A stretch of 64,000 nt of DNA, from the IMG/VR virus record IMGVR_UViG_3300045988_113168, one strand, 5' to 3'. The first letter of the stretch is position 1. Each line of letters opens with the position of its first letter. Shown one piece after another: positions 28,595 through 36,386 of the stretch. The notes beneath the pieces were generated by a model, which was not told where the DNA came from, did not search any database, and was given only the letters and a program-made list of their open reading frames with translations. The DNA is from a virus. Position numbers and translations under genes: made by a program.

Positions 28595-28810
28595 ATGAAC
28601 AATCCAATAATACTTGATATCGCACTCGAATTTATTTTTCACAAGCACAGTGAGGATGAATTCGGTCGCAAAAATAATAAAGCACAGGCTATCCGCGAAA
28701 TGAGCGACGAAGAACTTGCGGCAGCATTGAATGAAATTGTTGCACAACAAGATAACTGTCCCAGAACAATCGAAGGCTGGAAGCAGTGGCTTCAAGAAGA
28801 TATAAAATAA
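28595..28810 (+). CDS. Hypothetical protein
   Basis: 71 aa, starting 1 nt after the previous stop. Confidence 0.5.
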   Translation: MNNPIILDIALEFIFHKHSEDEFGRKNNKAQAIREMSDEELAAALNEIVAQQDNCPRTIEGWKQWLQEDIK

Positions 28811-28824
28811 TCCAACGCTAAAAA

Positions 28825-28860
28825 ATGGGGTACCAGTCCAATTAAGGATTGATACCCCAT
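28825..28860. terminator. Bidirectional terminator between the convergent arms
   Basis: ATGGGGTA / TACCCCAT 8-bp stem, with an A-run before and a T-rich tract after. Confidence 0.55.
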
Positions 28861-28865
28861 TCGTT

Positions 28866-29117
28866 TTATATCAGCTCGATATCGCTTGGCTCAACATAGC
28901 CTGACACATTTACTGAGATTGGATACTTACCAATACGACTTTCAAGATTTGTCACTCGATACCGCCCATTGACGAGTTTTCCATCGTAGATATACCACTC
29001 ACCCCGGCGCTTCATTCCGCAGTGAGTCTGGCTGTTTGAAAATAAAATTCCGTCTAATTTAATTTTATCTCCTGCACGCAATGTCTTCTGGTTGTCCGCC
29101 ATCAAAACGAACCCCAT
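28866..29117 (-). CDS. SH3-like small protein (possible cell-wall-binding module)
   Basis: 83-aa ORF. An alternative ATG at 29102 forms TGATG with the endolysin stop. Confidence 0.45.
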   Translation of the reverse strand: MGFVLMADNQKTLRAGDKIKLDGILFSNSQTHCGMKRRGEWYIYDGKLVNGRYRVTNLESRIGKYPISVNVSGYVEPSDIELI

Positions 29118-29749
29118 GTAGCTGGCCCACAGATACCGTCAGCACTCAAGCCATGCGCCTTTTGCCATTCCATCAGTTTTGTCTTAGTGCCTACTCCAAA
29201 GATACCGTCCGCTTTTACGCCTAGATGTCTCTGCAGCACGGTAACTGTATACGAGATGCCGCCAGTGCAATCTTTCGCGCCCTGACGAATCGTAGGCATG
29301 ATTTTACTCACTGATACATAAGCAGTTCCAGCCTTACTGATCCAGCGAGACTTCCAGCTCCGCACATCAACATGAACAAAGCCTCCTGTTAGCTGTACTC
29401 GACTGTAATAGCCGATGCCGCCCCGCTTCTGGAAATAAGACATGGAGGCCAAATATAGCGCAATCCGAATTGGGTCAACACCTTTGATGGTAACATCCGC
29501 CGCCGTACCCAAACAATGCTGACTGCGAGGACTGCCGCCGATGGAAATATTGTAAGAAGGAGAGCGGTAGCCAGAGTTGATATGGACAGGCTTACCAAAA
29601 TGAGCCCGCACCTGTTCAAGAATGTAGACAAGTTCTGTATCGATTAGAACAGTGTCACTGTGGTCAGAGCAGGCGAACTCATAGACGGAAAAATGAGCTG
29701 ACACCTTTTTGTTCCAATCTTTCTTCATTGAGTATGTATTTACTGCCAT
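29102..29749 (-). CDS. Endolysin: peptidase M15 (VanY-like) plus PG_binding_1 domain
   Basis: ATG 29749 after GAGGTG. SGYRSPSYN...SQHCLGTAADV and GGFVHVD motifs. C-terminal LQRHLGVKADGIFG...GPATW. Confidence 0.8.
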   Translation of the reverse strand: MAVNTYSMKKDWNKKVSAHFSVYEFACSDHSDTVLIDTELVYILEQVRAHFGKPVHINSGYRSPSYNISIGGSPRSQHCLGTAADVTIKGVDPIRIALYLASMSYFQKRGGIGYYSRVQLTGGFVHVDVRSWKSRWISKAGTAYVSVSKIMPTIRQGAKDCTGGISYTVTVLQRHLGVKADGIFGVGTKTKLMEWQKAHGLSADGICGPATWGSF

Positions 29750-29759
29750 GCGGCGCACC

Positions 29760-30080
29760 TCAATTCTTCTTCAACTCATTCTCGATTTTCTCATTCTGAA
29801 TGTCCAGCTCCTTGACGGCAGCCTCGATCATCATGTCGATAGTCGGAGTAATCTTGACGCCCATCTTTTCAAGAGCAGCGATAACATACTTCTTCTTGTC
29901 AGCTTTCTTGATAACACCAGTTGCGCCGACCTTCTCAGCAGCGCGAACGGTCATCCGGACAAGCTTATAGACGCCAATTTTTTTGAGATAGGGGATACCA
30001 TAGACCATAAAAGCAGTACCAGCACCTGCGACGACTAGCTGGGCAATAGTAGCAACAACCTGATTGAAAAAGTCCATCAT
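29760..30080 (-). CDS. Holin, LL-H-like family
   Basis: ATG 30080 after AGGAGG. N-terminal TM segment VVATIAQLVVAGAGTAFMVYGI followed by a charged tail. Confidence 0.65.
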   Translation of the reverse strand: MMDFFNQVVATIAQLVVAGAGTAFMVYGIPYLKKIGVYKLVRMTVRAAEKVGATGVIKKADKKKYVIAALEKMGVKITPTIDMMIEAAVKELDIQNEKIENELKKN

Positions 30081-30145
30081 AATATACCTCCTGATAAAAA
30101 TAAAAGACCCCGAACACATCGTTCGAGGTCATGAATCACGTGATC

Positions 30146-30649
30146 TTATTCTTTTGGTTTCAAAAAACCATTAGTGCGTAGCATTTCGTCATATACGCGC
30201 CCCACGTTCTTGATGGCGAAGGGCATCTTGTTGTTCTTGTAGTTGGAATGAGTCTTACAATAATCTTCATACTTCCCAATGACATCAAGGATATCATCAA
30301 AGTCCTCTTCGGTGTGGCCGAGCCCGCGAACAAGCTCATTATTGAAGCGCAGCACCTGACTACGATAACCGTCAGCTTTGGTTTCTTCACCCTTTTCGAT
30401 GTGGTTATCTAGCTTTTTACGAGTCTCTTCTTGCTCGGAGCGAATATCTTTGAGCTCGGATTTAGTTTCCTTGATCTCGTTCATCACACCGGCATTCAGG
30501 GCGTTTCCAATGTGAGTGGCTACCTAAGACCACGGATTGATCTCGATTTTAGAGACTTGTATCACTGACATAACAACGGCGATCAATCCGCCGCTCCCGG
30601 CCATCACTGAGCCGAGATGATTTAGGAAAAAATTCAATAATTCGTCCAT
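30146..30649 (-). CDS. Lysis-cassette membrane/coiled-coil protein containing one in-frame TAG (30524-30526)
   Basis: ATG 30649 preceded by GAGGTG. The 41-codon TM-containing N-part is in frame with track ORF 30146-30487, separated only by TAG. The downstream ORF has no clear SD of its own. Confidence 0.65.
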
Positions 30650-30680
30650 ACGATTTTAATCACCTCGATTCTTTTTTGTA

Positions 30681-30709
30681 TTGACAAATTTTGCACATCA
30701 TGATATAGT
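30681..30709 (+). promoter_or_regulatory. Strong promoter antisense to the late operon
   Basis: TTGACA, 17-nt spacer, TGaTATAGT. Confidence 0.5.
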
Positions 30710-30715
30710 AGTGCT

Positions 30716-30820
30716 ACAGCATGATTTACTTTCGTCGAGCAAATTATGTGTTACCTACTCTAATATGTATGTGGGGAGGAGGTCCTTAGCCGAAAAGCTG
30801 AGGGCTTCTTCCTTTTTATT
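30716..30820 (+). ncRNA. Candidate ~105-nt antisense sRNA
   Basis: Bounded by the promoter at 30681-30709 and a plus-strand terminator (stem 30784-30790/30797-30803 followed by a T-run). No SD-preceded ORF inside. Confidence 0.4.
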
Positions 30821-30965
30821 CGGACGGTGTGTCTGTTGTACTTTGATTTTGTTTCTGCAGTTCTTCTTTGATGGCGGTCAGTTGTTCATCGATGCCTTGC
30901 AATGCTATTACGATTTGCTGACCAGTCTCATCAAGAAGAAACGGTTTTAATATTTCTTGAGACAT
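30816..30965 (-). CDS. Small coiled-coil protein (49 aa)
   Basis: Below the track cutoff. ATG after AAGGAGGAA. MSQEILKPFLLDETGQQIVIALQGIDEQL... Confidence 0.55.
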   Translation of the reverse strand: MSQEILKPFLLDETGQQIVIALQGIDEQLTAIKEELQKQNQSTTDTPSE

Positions 30966-30979
30966 GGTTCCTCCTTAGC

Positions 30980-31246
30980 TTAAAGATACTGATATCCTTC
31001 AAACCACAATAAGTACCCCTCATTGCGATTGCTTGTAGAAGATAGTTTTAAAGTATTATTTGAATTATAAGATACACTTGAAGAGCCGATATTTGTTGTA
31101 CAGCCTTTGACAATTTTAATTTCATTGATTTTGAAAGAAGGACATTTAATAACTATGTAATTTACATAGGAAGGAATAGTAAGATTTATAGAAATACTAT
31201 TATTAACATAACCATATCCAGTCCATACTAATTTATCTACAATCAT
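30980..31246 (-). CDS. Stand-alone paralogue of the fibre C-terminal tip domain
   Basis: DKLVWTGYGYV...WFEGYQYL resembles the C-terminus of 31262-32770 (GKLVGTGRVTY...YIEAYQYY). Confidence 0.55.
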   Translation of the reverse strand: MIVDKLVWTGYGYVNNSISINLTIPSYVNYIVIKCPSFKINEIKIVKGCTTNIGSSSVSYNSNNTLKLSSTSNRNEGYLLWFEGYQYL

Positions 31247-31261
31247 TTCATCACCTCTTTA

Positions 31262-32770
31262 TCAATAATACTGATAAGCTTCAATATAATAAGTGCAAGT
31301 ATCACTTTTATCGGCGGCATCGTAACCAACACAAGTTATTTTGCCGTTTGTATCAAAAGTTATTCTTCCATAGTACCGACTATCATTAGTATAAAGAATA
31401 GTTCCAATAACCATTTTTGTATTTATGGGAACCGAATAATAACTGTTCCCGGAAACGCCAACTATTTTAATGTAATCGCTTGTGGACGGAACGACTAATG
31501 TGCCATCGCTATTATAATTATAAGTCACTCGACCGGTTCCTACTAGTTTCCCTTCACTGTACATCGCTTTCTTTAACAGCTGGTCAACTTGTGCTTTTGT
31601 GTATAGGTCTGGCCTCCCGCTCACATTATTCCAAGCAACAGAATTAGCTACGTCAGCAATTGGATGATAATTGTCCGTATAAATCCGTTGCCAGCTGAAC
31701 CAATTATCCGTCGTATCTCGTAAAGCCCTTGTCCAAAGTCCACGGCCACCTGTCCATTCTCCACAGAGCTCTACTGTGCCACCTGCTCCACAGCCAAATC
31801 CAATTGTCGAAGTGTAAGTGGTAGGCATCCCATTATGAGCAGAAGCATTTGAATTGTAAGAATAGACATTGCCGTATGCTTGAGTGCGACCAGTTTGAGC
31901 ATTTTTAGCACCAAGAGAATTTATAGAAGTGTGTGTATGCCCAGCTTGCGCAAACTGACTCTTATTTACCGCTCTCAGTTCATAACCGTTCCAAGCAGCC
32001 AGCCACGTATAATCAGTATAGTTCATACCAGATTTGGAATAAGCAAAAGTAGTAGCCTTGGAATTGTTGGAATCGGCAACCTTTTTTGCAGTATCGACCG
32101 TTTGTGCTCCAATCGTTGCCGAAGTGATAATTGTACCAGCTTGTGCTGGAAGGTAGACTTGAATTGCATTGTTCGTACCAGCTTTTTTATCAGTATCTTT
32201 TGTATAGTCAAAAATCAGTCTTTCATCACCGTATGTGCCAATCGTCCACGCACCAGATGGTGTCTTTTGTCCTACAACAGGATGGTAACCAGAACCTGTA
32301 CCACTACTTGGTCCATACACAATGGCACTATCTCTATCGTTAATCCAAGAACAGCCGGCATTTCGTTTGATTTGGCCGCTCATTGTGCCACCACTTAATG
32401 GTAAATAGGCATGTGTATGATTCGCAGCAGCATAACTACCTTTTGGTTGATATACACTGTCTGCTTTTCTTTTAATATAGCTCCAAAGTGCGCTCATTGG
32501 GCGTCTATGGTAAGAGGTAGTCGTGGTGCCGCCACCTACATACTGAGATATATAAAAATCAGCGTCAACAGGAACGGATCCACCAGTTGTAAGCGTGTTT
32601 ATCATTGCACTTAAATCGTGTGTATGCCCTGTATTGCTTTTCCCAGCCAGCTTTCCATCCATTTCGGATTCCGTATAATACCGTTCATCGTGGGTGTGTG
32701 ACTTCGCGGCAAAAATACTTTTTAATCCACTGAAGAAATATTGAAATCCTTCAAAATCTAAAATCGCCAT
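31262..32770 (-). CDS. Tail fibre protein
   Basis: Repeated HTH(D) motifs (SHTHDERYYTESE, GHTHD, NHTHAYLPLSGG, GHTHTS), as in phage fibres. RBS AAAGGAGG. Confidence 0.7.
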   Translation of the reverse strand: MAILDFEGFQYFFSGLKSIFAAKSHTHDERYYTESEMDGKLAGKSNTGHTHDLSAMINTLTTGGSVPVDADFYISQYVGGGTTTTSYHRRPMSALWSYIKRKADSVYQPKGSYAAANHTHAYLPLSGGTMSGQIKRNAGCSWINDRDSAIVYGPSSGTGSGYHPVVGQKTPSGAWTIGTYGDERLIFDYTKDTDKKAGTNNAIQVYLPAQAGTIITSATIGAQTVDTAKKVADSNNSKATTFAYSKSGMNYTDYTWLAAWNGYELRAVNKSQFAQAGHTHTSINSLGAKNAQTGRTQAYGNVYSYNSNASAHNGMPTTYTSTIGFGCGAGGTVELCGEWTGGRGLWTRALRDTTDNWFSWQRIYTDNYHPIADVANSVAWNNVSGRPDLYTKAQVDQLLKKAMYSEGKLVGTGRVTYNYNSDGTLVVPSTSDYIKIVGVSGNSYYSVPINTKMVIGTILYTNDSRYYGRITFDTNGKITCVGYDAADKSDTCTYYIEAYQYY

Positions 32771-32786
32771 TCAATAACCTCCTTTC

Positions 32787-33698
32787 TCAACTAGCCAGAA
32801 TTTTATCTATCTCTTCTTCGGTGATGCGGTCTACAGTAAATCGCTGCCCAAGAGCATCCCATTTAGTGCCATCCCATGCATAATTCATACCATCAGCCAC
32901 ATCGTAAACATCACCAACGATTTGACCCTCAGTAGGAAGGTCCTCAATAGAAGGCACGCTGCCTTTATAACGATAAACAGCAACAATGTCAGCCTTGAGC
33001 GCATAAGAACTAGAATCTGCAAAAGCATCTAATTTCTTTTTATCATCCGCAGTCATAAGTCCAGCATCTCGCTGAGTGACTTCTTCATATTGAGTGTCTT
33101 TTTCTGGAATGCCGAGTGCAGTAATATCTGATTTAATGACCTCATTTATCTCTGATACGTGGCCATTCAAATCGACAGTGATTTTATAAAACCCATTGAC
33201 GTGAGAGGTATACATCGGGTGTTCATAATGATTTGCGTTGTCGTCAATGCCGTCAAGTTTCTCTTTGTCCGTAGCGCTCATCAAACCCGCAATAGTAGAG
33301 GTGGCTTCGTTATACTCATCCCGGGGAGGGACACTCCATGAGCCATCACTTCGAAGGAATCTGTTTGGAGCGCCTTTTTCGGGGGCGGGGACAAGGCCAC
33401 TGTGACCGTCAGAAACACCAGTAGCACCAGTCATGACCGGACACGAGCTGTTCAGTAAAACAAGGTTGCCACCACTGCTCATATAGAGCTTATCTGGCTT
33501 TAAAAAGTAGATTTTATTGGCGAGAGGAGCCAAGGGAAGTTCGCTCACAACCTCCAAATCGCTACCGATTTTTACATGAGCTGCAGTAGAATCTCGATAG
33601 GCGTTTCCGGTGTCAAGACAGACGATAAGTTGTCCATCAATCACTGGAGTCGTGTCGAGCTGAGATTGGTTAATCTCTAAAAGTGATAATTTTGACAT
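32787..33698 (-). CDS. Tail fibre protein
   Basis: ATG 33698 after AAGGAG. GLVPAP...FLRSDGSWSVP and AGLM[ST]A.DK.KLD repeats typical of fibre proteins. Confidence 0.7.
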   Translation of the reverse strand: MSKLSLLEINQSQLDTTPVIDGQLIVCLDTGNAYRDSTAAHVKIGSDLEVVSELPLAPLANKIYFLKPDKLYMSSGGNLVLLNSSCPVMTGATGVSDGHSGLVPAPEKGAPNRFLRSDGSWSVPPRDEYNEATSTIAGLMSATDKEKLDGIDDNANHYEHPMYTSHVNGFYKITVDLNGHVSEINEVIKSDITALGIPEKDTQYEEVTQRDAGLMTADDKKKLDAFADSSSYALKADIVAVYRYKGSVPSIEDLPTEGQIVGDVYDVADGMNYAWDGTKWDALGQRFTVDRITEEEIDKILAS

Positions 33699-33724
33699 CG
33701 TAAGCTCCTTTTCGATAAAAATAA

Positions 33725-33767
33725 CCCTGCCAGCCGTACAGAGCCGTAGCACCATAAGCCAGCAGGG
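33725..33767 (-). terminator. Terminator or attenuator hairpin after 33776-34864
   Basis: 10-bp stem (2 G-U pairs on the minus-strand RNA) followed by TTATTTTTA. Confidence 0.45.
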
Positions 33768-33775
33768 GATATAGA

Positions 33776-34864
33776 TTATTCAGCCAAATTCTTCCAAGTG
33801 AGCGCGCCTTCGACATTTTTCACACGAGTATCCATTGCAGAATTCAGACCATCAGAGTACACCTTAGAATCTGCCAATGCTTGATTTGCCTTTACCGTGG
33901 CGTCCTTTGCAGCCTTCTCTACAGCATCATCATGAGAAGCAGTCAGTTCCGCATGAGTGACTTTTTCATTCCAAGCAGTACGTTCCGCAGCGGTAATATG
34001 TACCGTAGTATCGCTGGTATGATTAGTCAAAGCATCCTGTACAGCTTTAACTTTTGAATCAACCTCAGCCTTGGTATAAGCATCGGGCACAGCCACATAC
34101 AAACCATCCTCTTCAATCACGATAGAATTGTCTGCCTTAGTAGAGACCTTGACGTTGACAGAGATTCGATTATCATCCGAAACAGTAACCTCAGCCGTAG
34201 AAGTAGCAACACCGACATAAATATCAATCAGAGAACCAACGGGAATCTTGATAACCTCACCAGTCGTAATAGTCAGCTCGATATTCTGGGTTGCGTTATT
34301 ATACACGCCACGCTTGACAACCAGATCCTTACCTAGAGCAATAGTTAGCTCGTCACCGCCAAACACGGGCATCTTGATAGTGCGGGTGTCCGGGTCATAA
34401 GTGGGCGCGTGGACAACACCAGTCAGAGTGGTCTTGACAGGCTCATCGTTCTTGGAGACACTGATAACACCATCGCTATAAGTAACGTCACTGACATACA
34501 AGCCCTTCTTGCCCTCGACCTGCTCGATCTTAGCCTGTACATAGTCTGCAACAGCCTTGGTAGTAGGCATATCATCATTGGTAGCACCATCTGCCGGAAT
34601 CTGAGTAACGGTTTTCTTATTCAGCTGCAGAAATTCAGTGCCGTTCCAGATATGCATGGTGTAATCGGTCATGCGGAAATAAATAACACCCTGTACCTGA
34701 TTGGCCTCGGGCAGGACGCTTACAATCTTGGCACTTTTACCATATTCCTGATTGCCTTTATAAAACTGAAGAGTATCAGTCAGAAAATATAGAGTGTCGT
34801 TGTCACGAACATCCAGTGCATCAAACCGGGCTTTCGTGCCATACGCAAATTTTACTTCTGCCAT
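33776..34864 (-). CDS. Tail fibre/structural protein
   Basis: 362 aa. RBS AAGGAGGAAG. The C-terminal HTSDTTVHITAAERTAWN motif resembles fibre proteins. Confidence 0.6.
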   Translation of the reverse strand: MAEVKFAYGTKARFDALDVRDNDTLYFLTDTLQFYKGNQEYGKSAKIVSVLPEANQVQGVIYFRMTDYTMHIWNGTEFLQLNKKTVTQIPADGATNDDMPTTKAVADYVQAKIEQVEGKKGLYVSDVTYSDGVISVSKNDEPVKTTLTGVVHAPTYDPDTRTIKMPVFGGDELTIALGKDLVVKRGVYNNATQNIELTITTGEVIKIPVGSLIDIYVGVATSTAEVTVSDDNRISVNVKVSTKADNSIVIEEDGLYVAVPDAYTKAEVDSKVKAVQDALTNHTSDTTVHITAAERTAWNEKVTHAELTASHDDAVEKAAKDATVKANQALADSKVYSDGLNSAMDTRVKNVEGALTWKNLAE

Positions 34865-34879
34865 TGTCTTCCTCCTTTT

Positions 34880-35245
34880 TTAAAATTCAGTCCATTGAAA
34901 ATTCGTAGGTGCGATGTAAAAAGGCTCAACTAAAAAGCGCCCCGTGGCCGCACTTTTCTGTACAACCCACGGAGCGTATTTGCCCTTCTCATCTTTTATC
35001 ATAACTGTTTGCCCGGCATAAGTGGCCTCGTCATCATTTAAAGCATCGTTTGCCGCAGAGACCGTTTCAAAAATACGAGTGCGCGGAGTAATCGTCTGTA
35101 CCGACAAATCGTCTCGCACGTACATGAATTCCGAAGTGTCCTTTGTAATGACGAGGTCTTTACCGTCCAACAAGCCGAGGGCGATAGCGGCCTCGACATC
35201 TTCGGCATTACCATAGCCGAGTTTTGAATATTTTGCTTGTGCCAT
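34880..35245 (-). CDS. Structural protein, unknown role
   Basis: RBS AAGGAGG. 121 aa. Confidence 0.55.
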   Translation of the reverse strand: MAQAKYSKLGYGNAEDVEAAIALGLLDGKDLVITKDTSEFMYVRDDLSVQTITPRTRIFETVSAANDALNDDEATYAGQTVMIKDEKGKYAPWVVQKSAATGRFLVEPFYIAPTNFQWTEF

Positions 35246-35272
35246 CGTTGCCTCCTTATAGAAGCGGATGGC

Positions 35273-35908
35273 TTAGAACGGAACCACCCGCAGAGAACCG
35301 TCATCCGTCTCGACAGTTTCGGTTGTAATCTTGATAGCATTACCGATCGGCTTGCCATTAGAGGTAAGCTGGATGCGGTGCTCATCATCATAGGTGATAT
35401 TGTCGGCCTTGTTATCCAGACTAGTATTCAGACGGTCAACCATGGCCTTATTCAGAGCCTCAAGAGCGATAATACGCTGGTCAAGCGGGCTCAGTGCTTC
35501 ATCTGGAATCAAATCAGACCACTTACTGATGGGAATAATATGTACAACGCCGGGGCCAGCCTTGCGCACGCGCTGAATCGTCTGTCCTTCAGAGTTCATT
35601 TCGACATGAAGGAAGGTCAGTTGGAACTCAATGTCACCAGCCTCACTGGTCAGGCCCGTATCAAAGGGAAGAAGATACTCCAGTCGGTTCTTATACAGAT
35701 CTTTTGATTTTTGTAGAATTTCAGTTTTATAGCGTTTGCTCACAGGCAAAACATACTCCAGCATAACGATATAATCGCTAATATCTACACCCTTGTAAGT
35801 CTGGTCGGCAAGAAAGTGCAGATTATCCACCAGCTTGCTCCGCTGCATGATACGCTCAGTCAGACTTGCGGTGATAGTGTTATCCTCGTTAATCAAAAAA
35901 GTATACAT
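35273..35908 (-). CDS. Structural (baseplate/fibre-associated) protein
   Basis: RBS AAAGGAGGTG. 211 aa. Confidence 0.55.
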   Translation of the reverse strand: MYTFLINEDNTITASLTERIMQRSKLVDNLHFLADQTYKGVDISDYIVMLEYVLPVSKRYKTEILQKSKDLYKNRLEYLLPFDTGLTSEAGDIEFQLTFLHVEMNSEGQTIQRVRKAGPGVVHIIPISKWSDLIPDEALSPLDQRIIALEALNKAMVDRLNTSLDNKADNITYDDEHRIQLTSNGKPIGNAIKITTETVETDDGSLRVVPF

Positions 35909-35909
35909 A

Positions 35910-36059
35910 TCACACCTCCTTTCCGTTCACGATGTACAGGTAATCATCCAAAGAGATCTTCTTGTCTTCAAGCAGGCCCTCCACAAACTTATCCTGTACC
36001 ATTCCACTCTTATAAAGTCGATGCATACTCTCGACGAACTTAGTGAAAATCTTCTCCAT
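35910..36059 (-). CDS. Small protein (49 aa)
   Basis: Below the track cutoff. TAATG overlap upstream and TGATATG downstream. RBS AAGGAGG. Confidence 0.5.
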   Translation of the reverse strand: MEKIFTKFVESMHRLYKSGMVQDKFVEGLLEDKKISLDDYLYIVNGKEV

Positions 36060-36373
36060 TACAGCAGACCTCCTTGAATTAACGTCAGTGTATAGGCATC
36101 AATAATGGCCTCAGGAGTTGTCCCTCCCAAGACCTTGATTTGGTCATATTCGTATTTATCAATCGGCTCAAGCGTCACGGTGTCATATTCTGGGGAAGGA
36201 ATCAGGTAATAGCCGTCAACGTGCCAGATATACTTACCGTTGCTGCTGATAACGCCCTGTGCTTCATCTTCGGTACAGTTCACCATAATATCGTGCTTGG
36301 GCTGATATTTTACAAAGTGCAGACGGTCAAGAGCATCGATTACTCGACCATTTTTAAGTACCTTATAGTACAC
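36059..36373 (-). CDS. Hypothetical structural-module protein
   Basis: GTG 36373 lies 5 nt after GAGGAGGTGA. The track ORF extends to GTG 36394, which has no SD. Confidence 0.5.
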   Translation of the reverse strand: MYYKVLKNGRVIDALDRLHFVKYQPKHDIMVNCTEDEAQGVISSNGKYIWHVDGYYLIPSPEYDTVTLEPIDKYEYDQIKVLGGTTPEAIIDAYTLTLIQGGLL

Positions 36374-36386
36374 TCTCGTCACCTCC

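Noticed and set aside
30681-30950. 89-aa plus-strand track ORF in the lysis region.
   Set aside because: Its TTG 'start' is the first codon of the TTGACA -35 box. There is no SD, and it runs through a terminator and antisense to an SD-preceded minus-strand small gene.
31247-31264. The fibre gene and the downstream tip-like ORF are in the same frame. Considered as stop-codon readthrough.
   Set aside because: They are separated by TGA followed directly by TAA, not TAG. The downstream ORF has its own RBS.
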